64,000 bases of DNA from Acidobacteriota bacterium (GTDB lineage Bacteria > Acidobacteriota > UBA890 > WLXD01), in contig CAXWPL010000004.1 in the NCBI GenBank assembly GCA_963666215.2, forward strand, positions 768,001 to 832,000. Reading direction: 5' to 3'. Under the pieces are notes generated by a model, which did not search any database, had not been told where the DNA came from, and was given only the letters and a program-made list of their open reading frames with translations. The translations under genes and the position numbers were made by a program. Positions within the stretch are counted from its first letter, which is position 1, and each line of letters begins with the position of its first letter. Shown here in pieces: positions 49,674-64,000 of the stretch.

Positions 49674-50024
49674 TTGAGCGACGAGCGCCTCGACCTGCTA
49701 GCGGCCTGCACCGAGAGCAAGCGGCTGGACCGCGCGTCCAAGGAAGCCGCGCGCGTCGTGTTCCAGTTCGACGGACCCGATCTCTACTTGGCGTCGGTCA
49801 GCTCGTATCACGTCGTTGTCGACGCGGGCGCGCGTCGTGTTCAGCACGGCTGCCGCGACTTCTTGACCGAGTCGCGAGCCAGTCGCCTGTGCAAACATGT
49901 TGCGGCCGTGTTGCTAGCGATGGAGGAGTCGACGGCGTTGGCCGTGCTGCGCGGCCTCGCCGATCCGCACGGCGACCAGGGTTGGCACGTTGAGGCGATG
50001 GCCGCGAGGGGCTTTCGCGGTTGA
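49674..50024 (+). CDS. SWIM zinc-finger protein
   Basis: YHVVV..HGCRDF..LCKHVAAVLL. Confidence 0.7.
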   Translation: MSDERLDLLAACTESKRLDRASKEAARVVFQFDGPDLYLASVSSYHVVVDAGARRVQHGCRDFLTESRASRLCKHVAAVLLAMEESTALAVLRGLADPHGDQGWHVEAMAARGFRG

Positions 50025-50106
50025 ATCGCTGAATCGCCTGAGTCCTCGCGACCCTCGGGTCCCGCGACCCTGGGTTCCTCGCGACAACGCTGAAGGAGAG
50101 ACGGGT

Positions 50107-50487
50107 GTGAGCAGTGGCCTCGAGGAGTTCCGTCGGTTTCGAGAGGAGATGAACGAACCCATCCTGGCGTCCGACAACCGCGAGCTCAAGAGATTCTTCG
50201 CGCTCGACAGTCGCGCCTACGAAAACGGCGCGCTCGACGTGAAGACGAAAGAGCTGATGGGGTTGGTGGCCTCGTTGGTACTGCGCTGCGACGACTGCAT
50301 CACCTATCACGTGGTGCGCTGCAAGGAAGAGGGCGTGACGCGGCCCGAGTTTCTCGAAGCTTTCAACATCGGACTCGTGGTTGGCGGTTCGATTGTTATT
50401 CCCCATCTGCGGCGAGCTGTTGCCCGTCTAGATGAGTTGGATGAGCTTGCCGAGCCCGAGCAACAGGGCGGGCCCGCTTCGAGCTAG
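50107..50487 (+). CDS. Carboxymuconolactone decarboxylase/AhpD-like protein
   Basis: GALDVKTKELMGLVASLVLRCDDCITYH, VVGGSIVIPHLRRA. Confidence 0.9.
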   Translation: MSSGLEEFRRFREEMNEPILASDNRELKRFFALDSRAYENGALDVKTKELMGLVASLVLRCDDCITYHVVRCKEEGVTRPEFLEAFNIGLVVGGSIVIPHLRRAVARLDELDELAEPEQQGGPASS

Positions 50488-51014
50488 AACGCTCGAGTGC
50501 GTTCGAGGCGCTCTACGAAACGCGCCAGCGCCGCGGGCGCCGCGTCACTCGCCAGATCGACGATCCGATCGTCGCCGGCGTGCAGCTCGAGAGCTGCCCG
50601 CGCCGACCCCGACTTGGGACCGTAGAGCGCGGCGCCGCCGCTGAGGTTGGCAACGACTCGGCGTGCTTGCCCGTTCCAGGCGCAGATGAACCAGTCGTAG
50701 TCGCCGGCAGTGAGTCCCGTCGTCAGAACGTTGGCGGCCGCGCCGCGGTTAATCGAGAACCCGAAGCAGTCGTCGGCGTCGCAGATCGCCTGGTACACAT
50801 CCCCAAGGCCGCCGCTGTGGGTTGCCACCGCGGTCATGACAACGTCGTCGGCAGAGGTAAAGCCGCGCAGCAGGCAGGTGTCGTTGCGCAGTCGCAGGGC
50901 CTTCACTTGGGAGTCCGCGGACTGCGGAATCAGAAGCACGGCGAGGGCGAGCGCCGTCGAGGCGACAAGCAGAGAGAGGCGGATGGCGCGGGTACCATGA
51001 GCAGACATGATCAT
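50484..51014 (-). CDS. Secreted hypothetical protein
   Basis: Signal peptide, beta-rich with 4 Cys, GGAG RBS. Confidence 0.6.
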   Translation of the reverse strand: MIMSAHGTRAIRLSLLVASTALALAVLLIPQSADSQVKALRLRNDTCLLRGFTSADDVVMTAVATHSGGLGDVYQAICDADDCFGFSINRGAAANVLTTGLTAGDYDWFICAWNGQARRVVANLSGGAALYGPKSGSARAALELHAGDDRIVDLASDAAPAALARFVERLERTRAF

Positions 51015-51361
51015 CTCCGTGAGATCAGGCGGACTTCATGGGGCTTGGGGACCCGGCGCGAGCGGCACATGCCGTACACGCCTATCGAACTAGTTTGCCG
51101 GTCGAGGTCAGCGGTTGCACGTCCAAACCGGCTCGCGAAGCGGCCGCCGCTTGGGGCGGACAGTAGTCCAGTCGGTCTGCGATGCCGCCCGTCCGCGGGC
51201 CGTTGGTTTCGTTTCCACGAGGCGACCTTTATGCTTGTGCGGACGCGCCCTGGTAGCCTGACCCCTCGGGCTCCACACGATTGCTTGACAACCTGGTCGA
51301 GGTGGCGAGAGTGCCCCTCGGCTCCCCGGTTTTTCGCTCCCTGTTATTGGAGGAATTGCGG

Positions 51362-51883
51362 ATGAAGTCGCGGCTTTTGCTTGGGGGGCTCTGCATTGCG
51401 GTTGCCCTTGTCGGACCGCTGGGCGTCGTGCAGCCTGCATCGGCGGATGTTTTCACCGGTCATATCAACGCTGGCAAGAGCGTCAAATTCTCGGGCACGA
51501 CCGACACGTCGACGTTGCTCCAGCTCCATGCGATCTTCTTTCACCCCAAGGCCGATCCGGACATTCTGATCACCACCGGAACCGGTAGTGATCTGGAGAC
51601 CCTGCTCGACAGCAAGTCGGGGGTCCTGCGCCTTGAAACCGCCGGGCTGGGGGTCGTTGGAGCCACGAAGATCACGATTACGTTGACCAACAACGGGCCG
51701 AGCCGAACGCGCTTCGCGCTCACCATCACCGAGATTTCCGACGCGGGCTCCTCGAAGGGTGCGTCGATTCGTCTGCAGCAGGTGGGCGGGTTCGATGCCG
51801 ATGGTGCGGTGTCGAGCGACGAAGACCGCGCCCTGCAGCTGCTCGTGCGGCAGCAGCGGGCGAGCAAAGGCCTTGGCTCATAG
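51362..51883 (+). CDS. Secreted hypothetical protein
   Basis: GGAGG RBS, signal peptide ending ASA, beta-rich, followed by a terminator. Confidence 0.65.
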   Translation: MKSRLLLGGLCIAVALVGPLGVVQPASADVFTGHINAGKSVKFSGTTDTSTLLQLHAIFFHPKADPDILITTGTGSDLETLLDSKSGVLRLETAGLGVVGATKITITLTNNGPSRTRFALTITEISDAGSSKGASIRLQQVGGFDADGAVSSDEDRALQLLVRQQRASKGLGS

Positions 51884-51907
51884 TACGAGCCCAGCGGGTC
51901 TGAAGTA

Positions 51908-51942
51908 GAAAGGGGGGCGGCCGTTGCGGCCGCCCCTTTTTT
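51908..51942. terminator. Intrinsic terminator
   Basis: AAAGGGGGGCGGCCG-TTG-CGGCCGCCCCTTTTTT. Confidence 0.75.
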
Positions 51943-51995
51943 CGTCGTCGGCCCGTCGCAGGCTCCGCGGGGAGCTTCACGAGCTCCTCGTCGAC

Positions 51996-52529
51996 TCAGG
52001 CGCTCGTTGCCTCGAGCCGACGTTCGATTTCCGGTCCGAGAGCTCGCCAAGACCAGTGTGGTGACTTGCCAACCTCGATCTCGTGGCCGTCGAGAATGAC
52101 CTCAGCCACGCCGTCGAGCGCGAATAACGCGGACGCCACACGGTCGGACTGAGCTCGGCGCTTGCCCTCAAAGACTCTCTTGGGGTCGAGCGCGGTGCCA
52201 TGCCACGCGAATCGTCGCCGCGGCGACTCCGCCTCGATCAGGTCGCGGATGTCCTCGACGCCGAGCGCCTGCCTGAGCAGGCTTTCGATGGGCAACAGCA
52301 GCGGTGTCCACTCGGCGCTCCGCTCCTTGCGGAGCCGCACCTTGTAGGGGTTCAGGCTGATGTCGCGCACACCGCTCATGCTGAGCAACGTGCGCACCCA
52401 GTCGCGATGACGACGGTTGTCGGGAGGCAGCGCCGGTCCGTAGGACTCGACGACGTGGTCCGTGAGAATGTCGTCGGTGTGGACCACGAGCACGTGCGGA
52501 TTTACAGGAAACTCGCGCAGGGCCTTCAT
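51996..52529 (-). CDS. Tandem Nfu/NifU N-terminal-like domain protein
   Basis: Two repeats of L..(M/L).GV..(I/V).L....(L/V).K.....W..L...IE..L; N-terminal PVNPH. Confidence 0.65.
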   Translation of the reverse strand: MKALREFPVNPHVLVVHTDDILTDHVVESYGPALPPDNRRHRDWVRTLLSMSGVRDISLNPYKVRLRKERSAEWTPLLLPIESLLRQALGVEDIRDLIEAESPRRRFAWHGTALDPKRVFEGKRRAQSDRVASALFALDGVAEVILDGHEIEVGKSPHWSWRALGPEIERRLEATSA

Positions 52530-52715
52530 GTTGAGTGAATTCTCGAGGGGGACCTGGCGGAGACCCATCGGCTGCCTCACGGCGAGGGGCTGCGACCAAG
52601 CTAGCAGCGTCGGGCACCGTCCAGCAAGGACTCGTCTCCCAACCTCGGAGCCCAAAGCCCGGAGCTCCGGACCGTGGCCTGCGCAGGTGGGAGCGATGAG
52701 CGCGCGTCTTTGTCT

Positions 52716-53282
52716 CTAGGCCGCGGCGAACAGATTGGGCAGCTTGCCGAGGATTCGCCAGTCGAAGCTACTCGCCTCGTTTGGCTCCTTGCGGTGCAGT
52801 CGGGCCATGATGGCGCCGCGCCAGGCGAGGGCCTGCGGCGGATTGGCCGACAGAACCTCAACCAGCTTGATGGCCGGCAGCTCGATGAACACCGAATCGA
52901 CCCTCGTAGTCGCTGTATAGCGACGCTCGGGCTCGCCGAGCAACGCGAGATCGCCGAACGTGGCGTATGGACCGAAGACTTCGTAGCTCGTGGAGGAGCC
53001 GCTAGCAGAGCTTCGCTCGACGGTGACGGCACCGTCGAGAAGGATGAACACGCGATCGGCAGATCCGCCCTGGACGAAGATTCGCTCTCCCTCGAAAGCC
53101 AGGCGGCAAACCGCTGAGCGCGCCAGCCCGACGAGGTCGTGGGAGTCGATGTCCGCCAGGTGGGCACAGTTGGCCAGCAGCATCGAGCTTACACCTCGCC
53201 TCGAAGGGTTCGACACGATCGCTGTTCGAGTCGACGCGCCGTTCCTGGGGCTTCGACGAGTCCGGCTTGCTCTTGTAGACAT
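52716..53282 (-). CDS. Cyclic-nucleotide-binding domain protein
   Basis: GERIFVQGGSADRVFILLDGAV, FGDLALLGEPERRYTA. Confidence 0.8.
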   Translation of the reverse strand: MSTRASRTRRSPRNGASTRTAIVSNPSRRGVSSMLLANCAHLADIDSHDLVGLARSAVCRLAFEGERIFVQGGSADRVFILLDGAVTVERSSASGSSTSYEVFGPYATFGDLALLGEPERRYTATTRVDSVFIELPAIKLVEVLSANPPQALAWRGAIMARLHRKEPNEASSFDWRILGKLPNLFAAA

Positions 53283-53581
53283 GCGAATACCTCTCGTTGG
53301 CTCTTGTCGAGCGGGGAAGGCCCGGACCCTGCTGTCTCGCGGAATCACCCTCGGTGGCGGGTGCTCTTGACTCTCTTGGACGCCAACGGCCGGAAGGTTT
53401 CCCCTCCACGATGACAAAAACGTATCGCCCGTCACGTCAGGCGATAGCCGTGGGCCTAGACAGTGCTCGCGATTGCGGCCAAAGTATCGGGCGGACGAGC
53501 GTCGGCGCTGGCACCGAACACCTGCCGGAACGGGTACATCTGGTCGATCCGATGGGGAGAAGAGGGCGCCGGCCTGCCCCG

Positions 53582-53941
53582 ATGAACGGAGGAACACCAA
53601 TAAAAGCCAAGGAACGTCGAGTTGGAGAGGTCGTTGTCGTCGACCTGAAGGGCAAGCTGACAATCGGCGTCGGTGACGTCGTCCTGCGTCAGGTCGTTCA
53701 AAGCCTGACGGAGCGCGGCGAGACGAAGATCCTGCTGAACCTGGAATCGGTTGGCTACATGGACAGCGCCGGAACCGGTGAGCTCGTCGCGACACACTCG
53801 TCGGCGAAGGAGCAGGGCGTCAGCCTCGAGCTCCTTAACCTGAGCGCCAAAGTCCGCGATCTGCTCCACTACACACAGCTGGTCTCGGTGTTCGAGAGCT
53901 ACGCTGATCTCGACGAGGCGGTGAGGAGCTTCGCCGACTGA
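53582..53941 (+). CDS. STAS-domain anti-sigma factor antagonist
   Basis: VVVVDLKGKLTIG, ILLNLESVGYMDSAGTGELV. Confidence 0.9.
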   Translation: MNGGTPIKAKERRVGEVVVVDLKGKLTIGVGDVVLRQVVQSLTERGETKILLNLESVGYMDSAGTGELVATHSSAKEQGVSLELLNLSAKVRDLLHYTQLVSVFESYADLDEAVRSFAD

Positions 53942-54016
53942 CGAATCATCTTCGGCGGCTTCAACCAGGACTCACGATTTGCCTCATGGCCGAGCCGGTG
54001 TTATCCCTAGCCCGCC

Positions 54017-55260
54017 ATGAGTCGAGATCGAGCGGCCAGTAGGATCGCACCGAACAGTCCGCCGGCCCGACTTGTGCTTGCCGACGGCACCATGTTCGTC
54101 GGCCGCGCCTTCGGAGCCCGCTCGGTGAATGTGGGCGAGGTGTGCTTCAACACCAGCCTCACCGGCTATCAGGAGATCCTTACCGATCCCTCGTACGCCG
54201 GGCAGATCGTCGCTCTCACGGCAACACAAATCGGCAACGTCGGCGTGAACCCGGAGGACGCTGAGTCCGCGAGGCTGTTCCTGTCGGGCTTCGTGGTGCG
54301 CGAGCTTTGCGACACTCCAAGCAACTGGCGTTCCGAGCGCGGGCTCATCGAGTATCTCGCAGACGCCGGCGTGCCCGCCATCGAGGGCATCGATACCCGT
54401 GCGTTGGTCCGCCGTATCCGCGACCACGGTTTCCAGATGGGCGTCTTGTCCACGGACCCCGAGGCGCAAGACGAAGCCGAGCTGCGGGCCTTGGCCGGCT
54501 CGGCACCAGCTCTCGCCGACCGCGATCTGGTGGCCGAGGTGACGTGCCGCGAGCCCTACCGCTGGAGCGAGCCCTCCTGGGCAGGCATTGAAGGTAGGTT
54601 GCCGCGACCGCGGGTGCCACAACCGCTGTTGAACCTCGTGGCCTACGACTACGGCATCAAGCGCAACATCCTGCGGTTACTCGTTGACCAGGGCTTCGAG
54701 GTGACCGTGGTGCCCGCAACGACGACGGCCGCCGTCATCGATGAGATGTCGCCCGACGCGGTGTTCCTGTCGAACGGGCCCGGGGACCCGGCGGCAGTGC
54801 GTGAGGTCCGGGAGATTGTTCGGCAGTTGGCCAACAGCTATCCGATTTTCGGCATCTGCCTCGGCCACCAGATCCTCGGCCTGGCGCTCGGTGGCAGTAC
54901 GCACAAGCTCAAGTTCGGTCATCACGGGGGCAACCAGCCCGGCAAGGACCTGGCCACGGGCCGCGTCGCGATCTGCGCCGAGAACCACGGCTACGCCGTC
55001 GACGCCGATTCTCTGCGCGCGGCCGGCGAGCCGGTGGAGATTACCCACATCAATCTCAACGACGGTACTGTTGAGGGGCTGGCGCACGCTACCAAGCCGC
55101 TGTTCTCGGTGCAGTACCACCCCGAGGCTTCACCCGGGCCACACGACGCCGGTTACTTCTTCGATCGCTTCCGTGACCTCGTGCTGCGGCACCGCGCCGG
55201 GGAGTCGGTCACCGGCCTCGATGTGGCGCGATCGGTGGATCAGAGCCAGGGTGTCACCTG

Positions 55261-55261
<1 letters not shown>
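54017..55261 (+). CDS. carA: Carbamoyl-phosphate synthase small subunit
   Basis: [41 protein letters not shown]. Confidence 0.97.
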
Positions 55262-58521
<3,260 letters not shown>

Positions 58522-61500
58522 AAGCCCTCTCGGGCGCGAACCGTCACACCACGTCGGGTGACCCGAATCCGCGCGCTACGCCAACGCGATTCCGCCGTTT
58601 CCGGATCGCCGAGGCCGAGCGTCGTTGGATCGATGCCGATGACGTAGCGCATCCGCGTGTCGCGCAGGATCTGTTCGAAAGCTTGGCTGAAATCGGTGCC
58701 GCCGAGAAACGGAATGCCACCCGTGTCGCGCGCGAGAGAGTTGAGCGGGCCTTGTAGGCTGAGCCGCGCTTCGGTGGCGAACGCGCGGCCGGCGAAGAAC
58801 GACGCTTCCATGTCGGCGCCCACCAGTCCGCCGCCGCCGATGGTGTCGACGGTGTACACGCTACAGCGGCAGCGGCGCAGGCTCTCGGTGAGAGCGGCGA
58901 CTTCGGTGCGCAGGTCGGTGCTCGTGAGGTTGATCGTGCCGCGGAAGTCGAGCGCCTGTTGCGAGCTGTACTGCTCGATGATGCTTTGCGCCGTGCTACC
59001 CGCTCGCAGCTCGAAGCCGCCCGAGAGCAACACCCAAGTCTTCGGTCGATTCGTCGGGTCTCCGTCCACGAGCGCAGTCGCCAGCTCGGTGAGTGCGCGG
59101 ACCAGATCGGTGCCTCGGGCCGCCTCCTGCATCACGAATGTTCTCGCCAGCGTACGCGCCGAGCGGATCTTGAGCTCCTCCCAGTCGGAACAGCTCGTGA
59201 AGCAGTTCGAGAACCTGCCGGCGGGCTGCGGGGTGCATTGGTTGCTGCCACAGTCACCAATCGGACATCCGTCGTTGCGACAGAGCTCGCCTCCAACGTC
59301 ACGCACGATCTGCTCGAGGTAGTGACTGCTGCTGTCGAAGGCGTTGCCGCGCAGACGCTCCAGCGACTCGGCGATCAGCGTGTGGTTGTCCGTGAAGCCG
59401 GTGACGATGCGGAACGTTCTGGTTGCTCCGACCTCTACGACCGCCACCAGATCGTCGGGCGCCAGCCCGTTGGCGACAAAGTCGACGGCTTCGTCGAGCA
59501 TGCCTGTCCAATCCGACGAGGATGTGGTCAACAGGTCGGCGACAATCACGAAATTACGTCGCACAGGCGCCACCGATTCGGTCACCCCCGGTGCTAATGG
59601 GTCGAGGAAAGCTGTCGGCGCAGTGGAGCCCTCCAACCGAACGAAGCTGGGAGTTACCGTCTGTCCCTCGATCTCGATCGTGAAGTCGTCGGCCGACAGG
59701 TCGGTAACGAAGCGATCGCTCGAGTCCCAGACGCCGGCATCCAGAGCGACGATCTCGACCACCGATGCAAAAGTCGGAACTTCTTGGAACCCGTCGCTGG
59801 GCCCAGGAAGTCTCAGTCCCGCTGCTCCCGACGTGCCGACACCGCGGGTGCGCCGCTCACTCGTTGCCGCAAGCCGCGCAAAAGCCGCCGGGTCGTCGGG
59901 ATTGAGCTCGTCGTCGAACGCGAGGTCGACCACCCAGTTGCGCACGGACTCGGCGCCCACGGCGGCAACGGTGCCGGCCAACAAATCGCGCCACATCGCT
60001 GCGCCCGTCGAACGCGTAGCGCCAAGAGCCGCGCCCATCGCCTCGGGAAGCAACCGCGCCTGCAGCGTGGGCGGCAAGCCCTGGTCTTCCAACTGCACCG
60101 CCAAAGCCACGCGCACATCGAATAGCCGGCTGTACAGCGCGGGGTCTGCGACGGAGTGGCCAGCCTCTCCGTAGGGCACCATCGGCGGCTCGCGCAAGCC
60201 GAGGTATTCGCCTCGACGCCCGGCGGGCATGCCGATCATCTGATCGAGCTTCCAGCGCAGCTCGGCGTTGTTGTCGAGAGGCGTGTTGTCGGCGAGGCGG
60301 CCGAGAAAGTAGAGGTTGCCCGGCGTCAGCAGGCCGGAGGCGGCAAATCGATTGCCGCTGGTGATGGCGTCGATCAGCGCCTGGGCTTGGTGGGGTCGAT
60401 AGACGCGGTAAAGAGCTTCGCGGAGTTTGGCACCGTTGGAGCTCCCTCCGCCGTCGGCTGCGAGATTGCCCGCGCCCGCGTCCGACCCCGGGGCCGGAAG
60501 CTCCGGATTGCGGGCCTCGATCGCGGCATCTACCCAGCTCCGGCCGATCTCGTGCATGCGCGCCACGTAACTCTGCACCGCGGCGTCGAGCGAGCCGTAG
60601 TGGAGGAAACCGATCGTCGCCCCCCAGGTCTCGTCCACCGTCTCGTCGAGCTTGGCGCCGCCGCGGGCCAGAGCCGCCGACTGCAGGTTCCAGCGACCGA
60701 GGCTGGCCGGCACACCCATAAGGCTGTTGCGTAGGATCGCGCCTTCCGTCTCGTGCCACGTCTCCGCAGTCGACTGCCAGGCTCCCACCCATTGGCGAGC
60801 GTCGCCCGGTATCGATTGCGGCTCGACGACATGCGGCCATACGACGTGACGATGTTCGCCGAACGGATCTTCGCTGTTTCCGAGGTGCAGGCCGTACACC
60901 AGGCCAACGAGCGCGTCGCCGAGCCATGAGCTCGCGGCGTAGCGCAGCCGCGTGCCCACATCGGCGTCATAGCCTCCGGCACGCAGAGCCGCAGCGAAGC
61001 TCTCGCCGCGCGCAAAAAGCTCAGGCCTCGCGATCGGTACCGCCAACGCTTCGTCCAGATCACCCCGCACGGCGGTCGGTGGTACTGCCTGCCTGACCTC
61101 ATCGAGCAGCTCGAGCACGCGGTCGGCAGCGGAGGCGGCATCGCCAGGGGCGCTGGCAGCCAGCGCGTCGAGCTCCAGAAGGTGCTCGACGGCCGGCACG
61201 TGTTGCGTACCAACGTGGGTGCTGAGCTGCTCGCCCAGTACCCGCGCTGGAGAGTACGTGTATGGAATGCCGTCGACCTCGATCGACTGCTCGCTGATGC
61301 CACCGATGAGACCCGCACGAATGACGTGGCGGCGGGCCTCTTCGTCGGGGTCCCAACCGAGCGCCAGCAGCCCTTCTGCAACGCGCGGTGACAGCTGCAG
61401 CCGATACCATTCCGCCAGTCGCGTGCCATAGCCGCGGGCCGCGTTGCGGTCGTCGCGCGAGCTCGGGACGTTCGTGCCCTGGCCGTCCATTTCGAGGTCG

Positions 61501-63154
61501 AACAGCGCGCGCAGAACGCCATCAACTCGATCACGCGCGATCGTCTCGTTGAGCATCAGGCGGTGCACGAGCAGCAGCGTGGCCTGCAGCTGTCGGGTAC
61601 TGTGGATTCGGGTTTCGTCGTGTCCGATGGTGGCGACCGCGCCCACGTGGCGAGCGAACGCTGCGGCGGTTTGCGGTGCCAGGGGTATCGGCAGGGTGAG
61701 GAAACCGAGCGCTTGTGACAGCTCCGGGTGTGAAATCAGAGCGGCGAGTGCCGCGGCCGCGGTTGCTTCGGGCTGATAGCGTGTCGCGGCACTGCCCTCG
61801 AGGAACCGCCGGATCGCGCCCGCCGGGCCGAGTTGTGCCGCCGAGCCGGAGGCGAGACGTTCGATCAGCAACGCGTCGTTCGAGGCCGTCGAAGCCGCCG
61901 AATTCCCCGATCCGAGCCAGACGCCAGCGCCGCCAGGCCACGCCAGGCCACGGCCGTCGTTGCGCAGCCTGAGGTCAGCGAACAGGTCGGCGAGGTCACC
62001 CGGCCAGCGAATCCACTCACTCGCGTTGTTCCCAGGCGGCAGGCGGATCGAGGCGACGAGCCGTCTTGCCCAAGCGGCGCGCTCTTCTGGCGATGGAGCA
62101 CCGAGCGTGAGCAGGTAGTGGGCCCGCGCCGGAGGGGTCAGGGTCAGCGCGCGCCACAGATGCGCCGCCGGTCGATGGCTGCGTGCCAGGAGCGCGCCGA
62201 GGATCGAGCTCGTGGTTCCTGCCGAAGGAAGGCCGAGCGCGGCGCTCCAGGCGTCGATATCCCCACCGGGTAGCTTCAGCGTCCCTGCGGAGCCGCCCCC
62301 GGAGGCTCTCAGATAGGGGGCCAGCTGCAGCAAACCGCTTCGCAGCTCATCGTCTTCGTACAGCCGGACGGGGCCGATGGTGCTCAGAACCAGCGTCTGC
62401 GTGGGTGAGTCGAGTTGCGCGAGACCGAGCAACAACGCGCGCGCACGTGCGTCGCGGACGAACACGCCGAAGGCCTCACCGCCCGCCAGGGAGCGGCCGA
62501 GGATGTTCTCCCATGTCGCAACACCGAGCAGCAGCGGTTCCATACCCTCGTCGACCACGATCTCGATCGTTTCGCCCGCCGCCCAGCGGCGTGCCACTCG
62601 ACTGAGCGGCAGGCCGAGATAGCCGAGCAGGTCGCGGCGCAGTGACTCGCGCGCACCGCCAACGCGCTCCAGGTCGAGGCCACGCTCGGTCGTGAGACGC
62701 AGCCCGAAGAAAGCCAACAGCGCTTCCGCCTTGCGGTACGCGGCGCCTGACGCGGCGAGGCTCGGCAAGACGCCGGCGTACATACCATCGAGCTCGGCAA
62801 GCCGGTCGCGCAGCGCGTCGAGCTCGTCGAGGAACCGCTCGAGGCGCTCCGCACGGGACGCGAGCGCGGGGTCCGAGAGAGCCTCCGCCATCTGCGGCAG
62901 CAGGTCATCGAACCCCAGCCGCAGGCCCACGGGGGCGGGCAGGCCGAGCGCGGCGCGGACAAACGCTTGTCCACCGGGAACGGCGATGGTCTCTTCTTGA
63001 GCCGGCGGAAGTGGAGGCGCCGGCGCGACGGGATTGCCGCTGCGAGCGAGCACAGGCAACGTCAACAGCCCGAACATGGCGCTCGCCGTGAGCACGCGTA
63101 GACGTTTCCGCCACATGCAATCCGGTGTGGCGCCTGGTTGGTGGTTTGCACTCA

Positions 63155-64000
63155 TCACTGCTCGTTAAAGTAGCCCGCCTTGTGGCGTAGCAGCACGTCG
63201 CGGCGGGCGATATCGATTTCGATGTCGTGCCATCCGGGCGCGGAGTCGCTCGGGCGGTAGGAGAGGAAGTACAGAGCCCGCATCTTGTGTGCGATCTCGG
63301 TGAAGATCTCGGGGAGCTTGTCGGTGTTGCGCTCGAAATAGGCCTCGCCTCCGGTGGCGTCGGCGATTGCCTCGAGCTGCTCGCGAAGCTGACGATTCTG
63401 AAGAGCTTCTCCCTGGCCAAGCGCGAAAACGGTGACCCCGACCTCGCGCACACGAGCGATGACGCGCCCAAGTGGGTTGCGACTCTGGACGTTCTCCCCG
63501 TCGGTGAACAGGAAAATCACCCGACGCTCCGGTGTTGAGGCGCCCTTGTCGATCTCCTCGAGCTGACGGAGCCCGTACAAGAGGGCGTCGTAGAGCGCGG
63601 TGTCCCCGTTGGCAACGATGCCTCGAGCGAAGGCCGAAACCATATCGAGGCGCTCGGTGAACGGAGTGTAGCTGTGAATCCGATGGTTGAAGCCCATCAA
63701 ACGCACCTGATCGCCGGGAGCTAACTCCTGCAGGAAGACGCCGATGGCGTCGATTGTCTCCGGCATCTTCTCGGACATGCTGCCGCTTTGATCAACCAGC
63801 ATTGCCACGCGCAGTGGCGCCTCGGTGCGCACAAAGCGCAGTGCTTCTTGGACCACGCCATCGTCTTTGATCGTTAGCTCGTCGAGCCTGACGTCCGAGA
63901 GGAAGTTGTCGTTTCGAGCCACTGCCGCCAAATTGAGGCCAACTGCGTCGACGCCGACGCGAAAGACGGGCGCGTCGATCGTCGAGTAGGAGCCCTCGGC
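63155..64000 (-). CDS. Acidobacterial VWA-domain protein (5' end outside the window)
   Basis: PVFRVGVDAV, VDQSGSM, TALYDAL, FTDGEN, TGG, HKAGYF; frame open to the window edge. Confidence 0.9.
   Translation of the reverse strand, partial: AEGSYSTIDAPVFRVGVDAVGLNLAAVARNDNFLSDVRLDELTIKDDGVVQEALRFVRTEAPLRVAMLVDQSGSMSEKMPETIDAIGVFLQELAPGDQVRLMGFNHRIHSYTPFTERLDMVSAFARGIVANGDTALYDALLYGLRQLEEIDKGASTPERRVIFLFTDGENVQSRNPLGRVIARVREVGVTVFALGQGEALQNRQLREQLEAIADATGGEAYFERNTDKLPEIFTEIAHKMRALYFLSYRPSDSAPGWHDIEIDIARRDVLLRHKAGYFNEQ

Noticed and set aside
53588-53602. GGAGGA followed by ATA as a non-canonical start of the STAS gene
   Set aside because: An in-frame ATG lies six codons upstream; the two cannot be distinguished from sequence alone.

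Overview
GC-rich bacterial chromosomal window. It is probably Acidobacteriota, judged from the acidobacterial-type VWA proteins and STAS gene; this is inference. Most of it is housekeeping or metabolic: uvrD/pcrA, glmU-glmS, tmk, ychF, tRNA-Asn, tRNA-Ser-ffs-dnaX-ybaB-recR, carAB, peptidases and SLC13 permeases. The most interesting part is 2.2-10 kb. Two related cargo-carrying IS1-family elements (2233-5283 and 5292-7196) sit in tandem, in opposite orientation, at one site. They are bracketed by three copies of the 8-bp target CACCAGTG, which lies 2 bp from the -35 box of a near-consensus promoter driving a ~48-nt terminator-ended RNA. A second, uninterrupted copy of this promoter+RNA unit lies at 9939-10028. 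Both elements share a ~220-nt structured leader upstream of the transposase that encodes a conserved short peptide ending in P-R-G-P-P, resembling ribosome-arrest motifs. One element carries a Panacea-type TA pair; the other carries an atypical tRNA (Ser UGA anticodon arm, no long variable arm). Elsewhere are a deiodinase-like selenoprotein (in-frame UGA plus SECIS-like hairpin), an IS1182/IS5 stack at CTAG, an IS21 end scar, and several broken genes that may be decay or assembly error. All family calls come from reading motifs by eye; no database searches were run.
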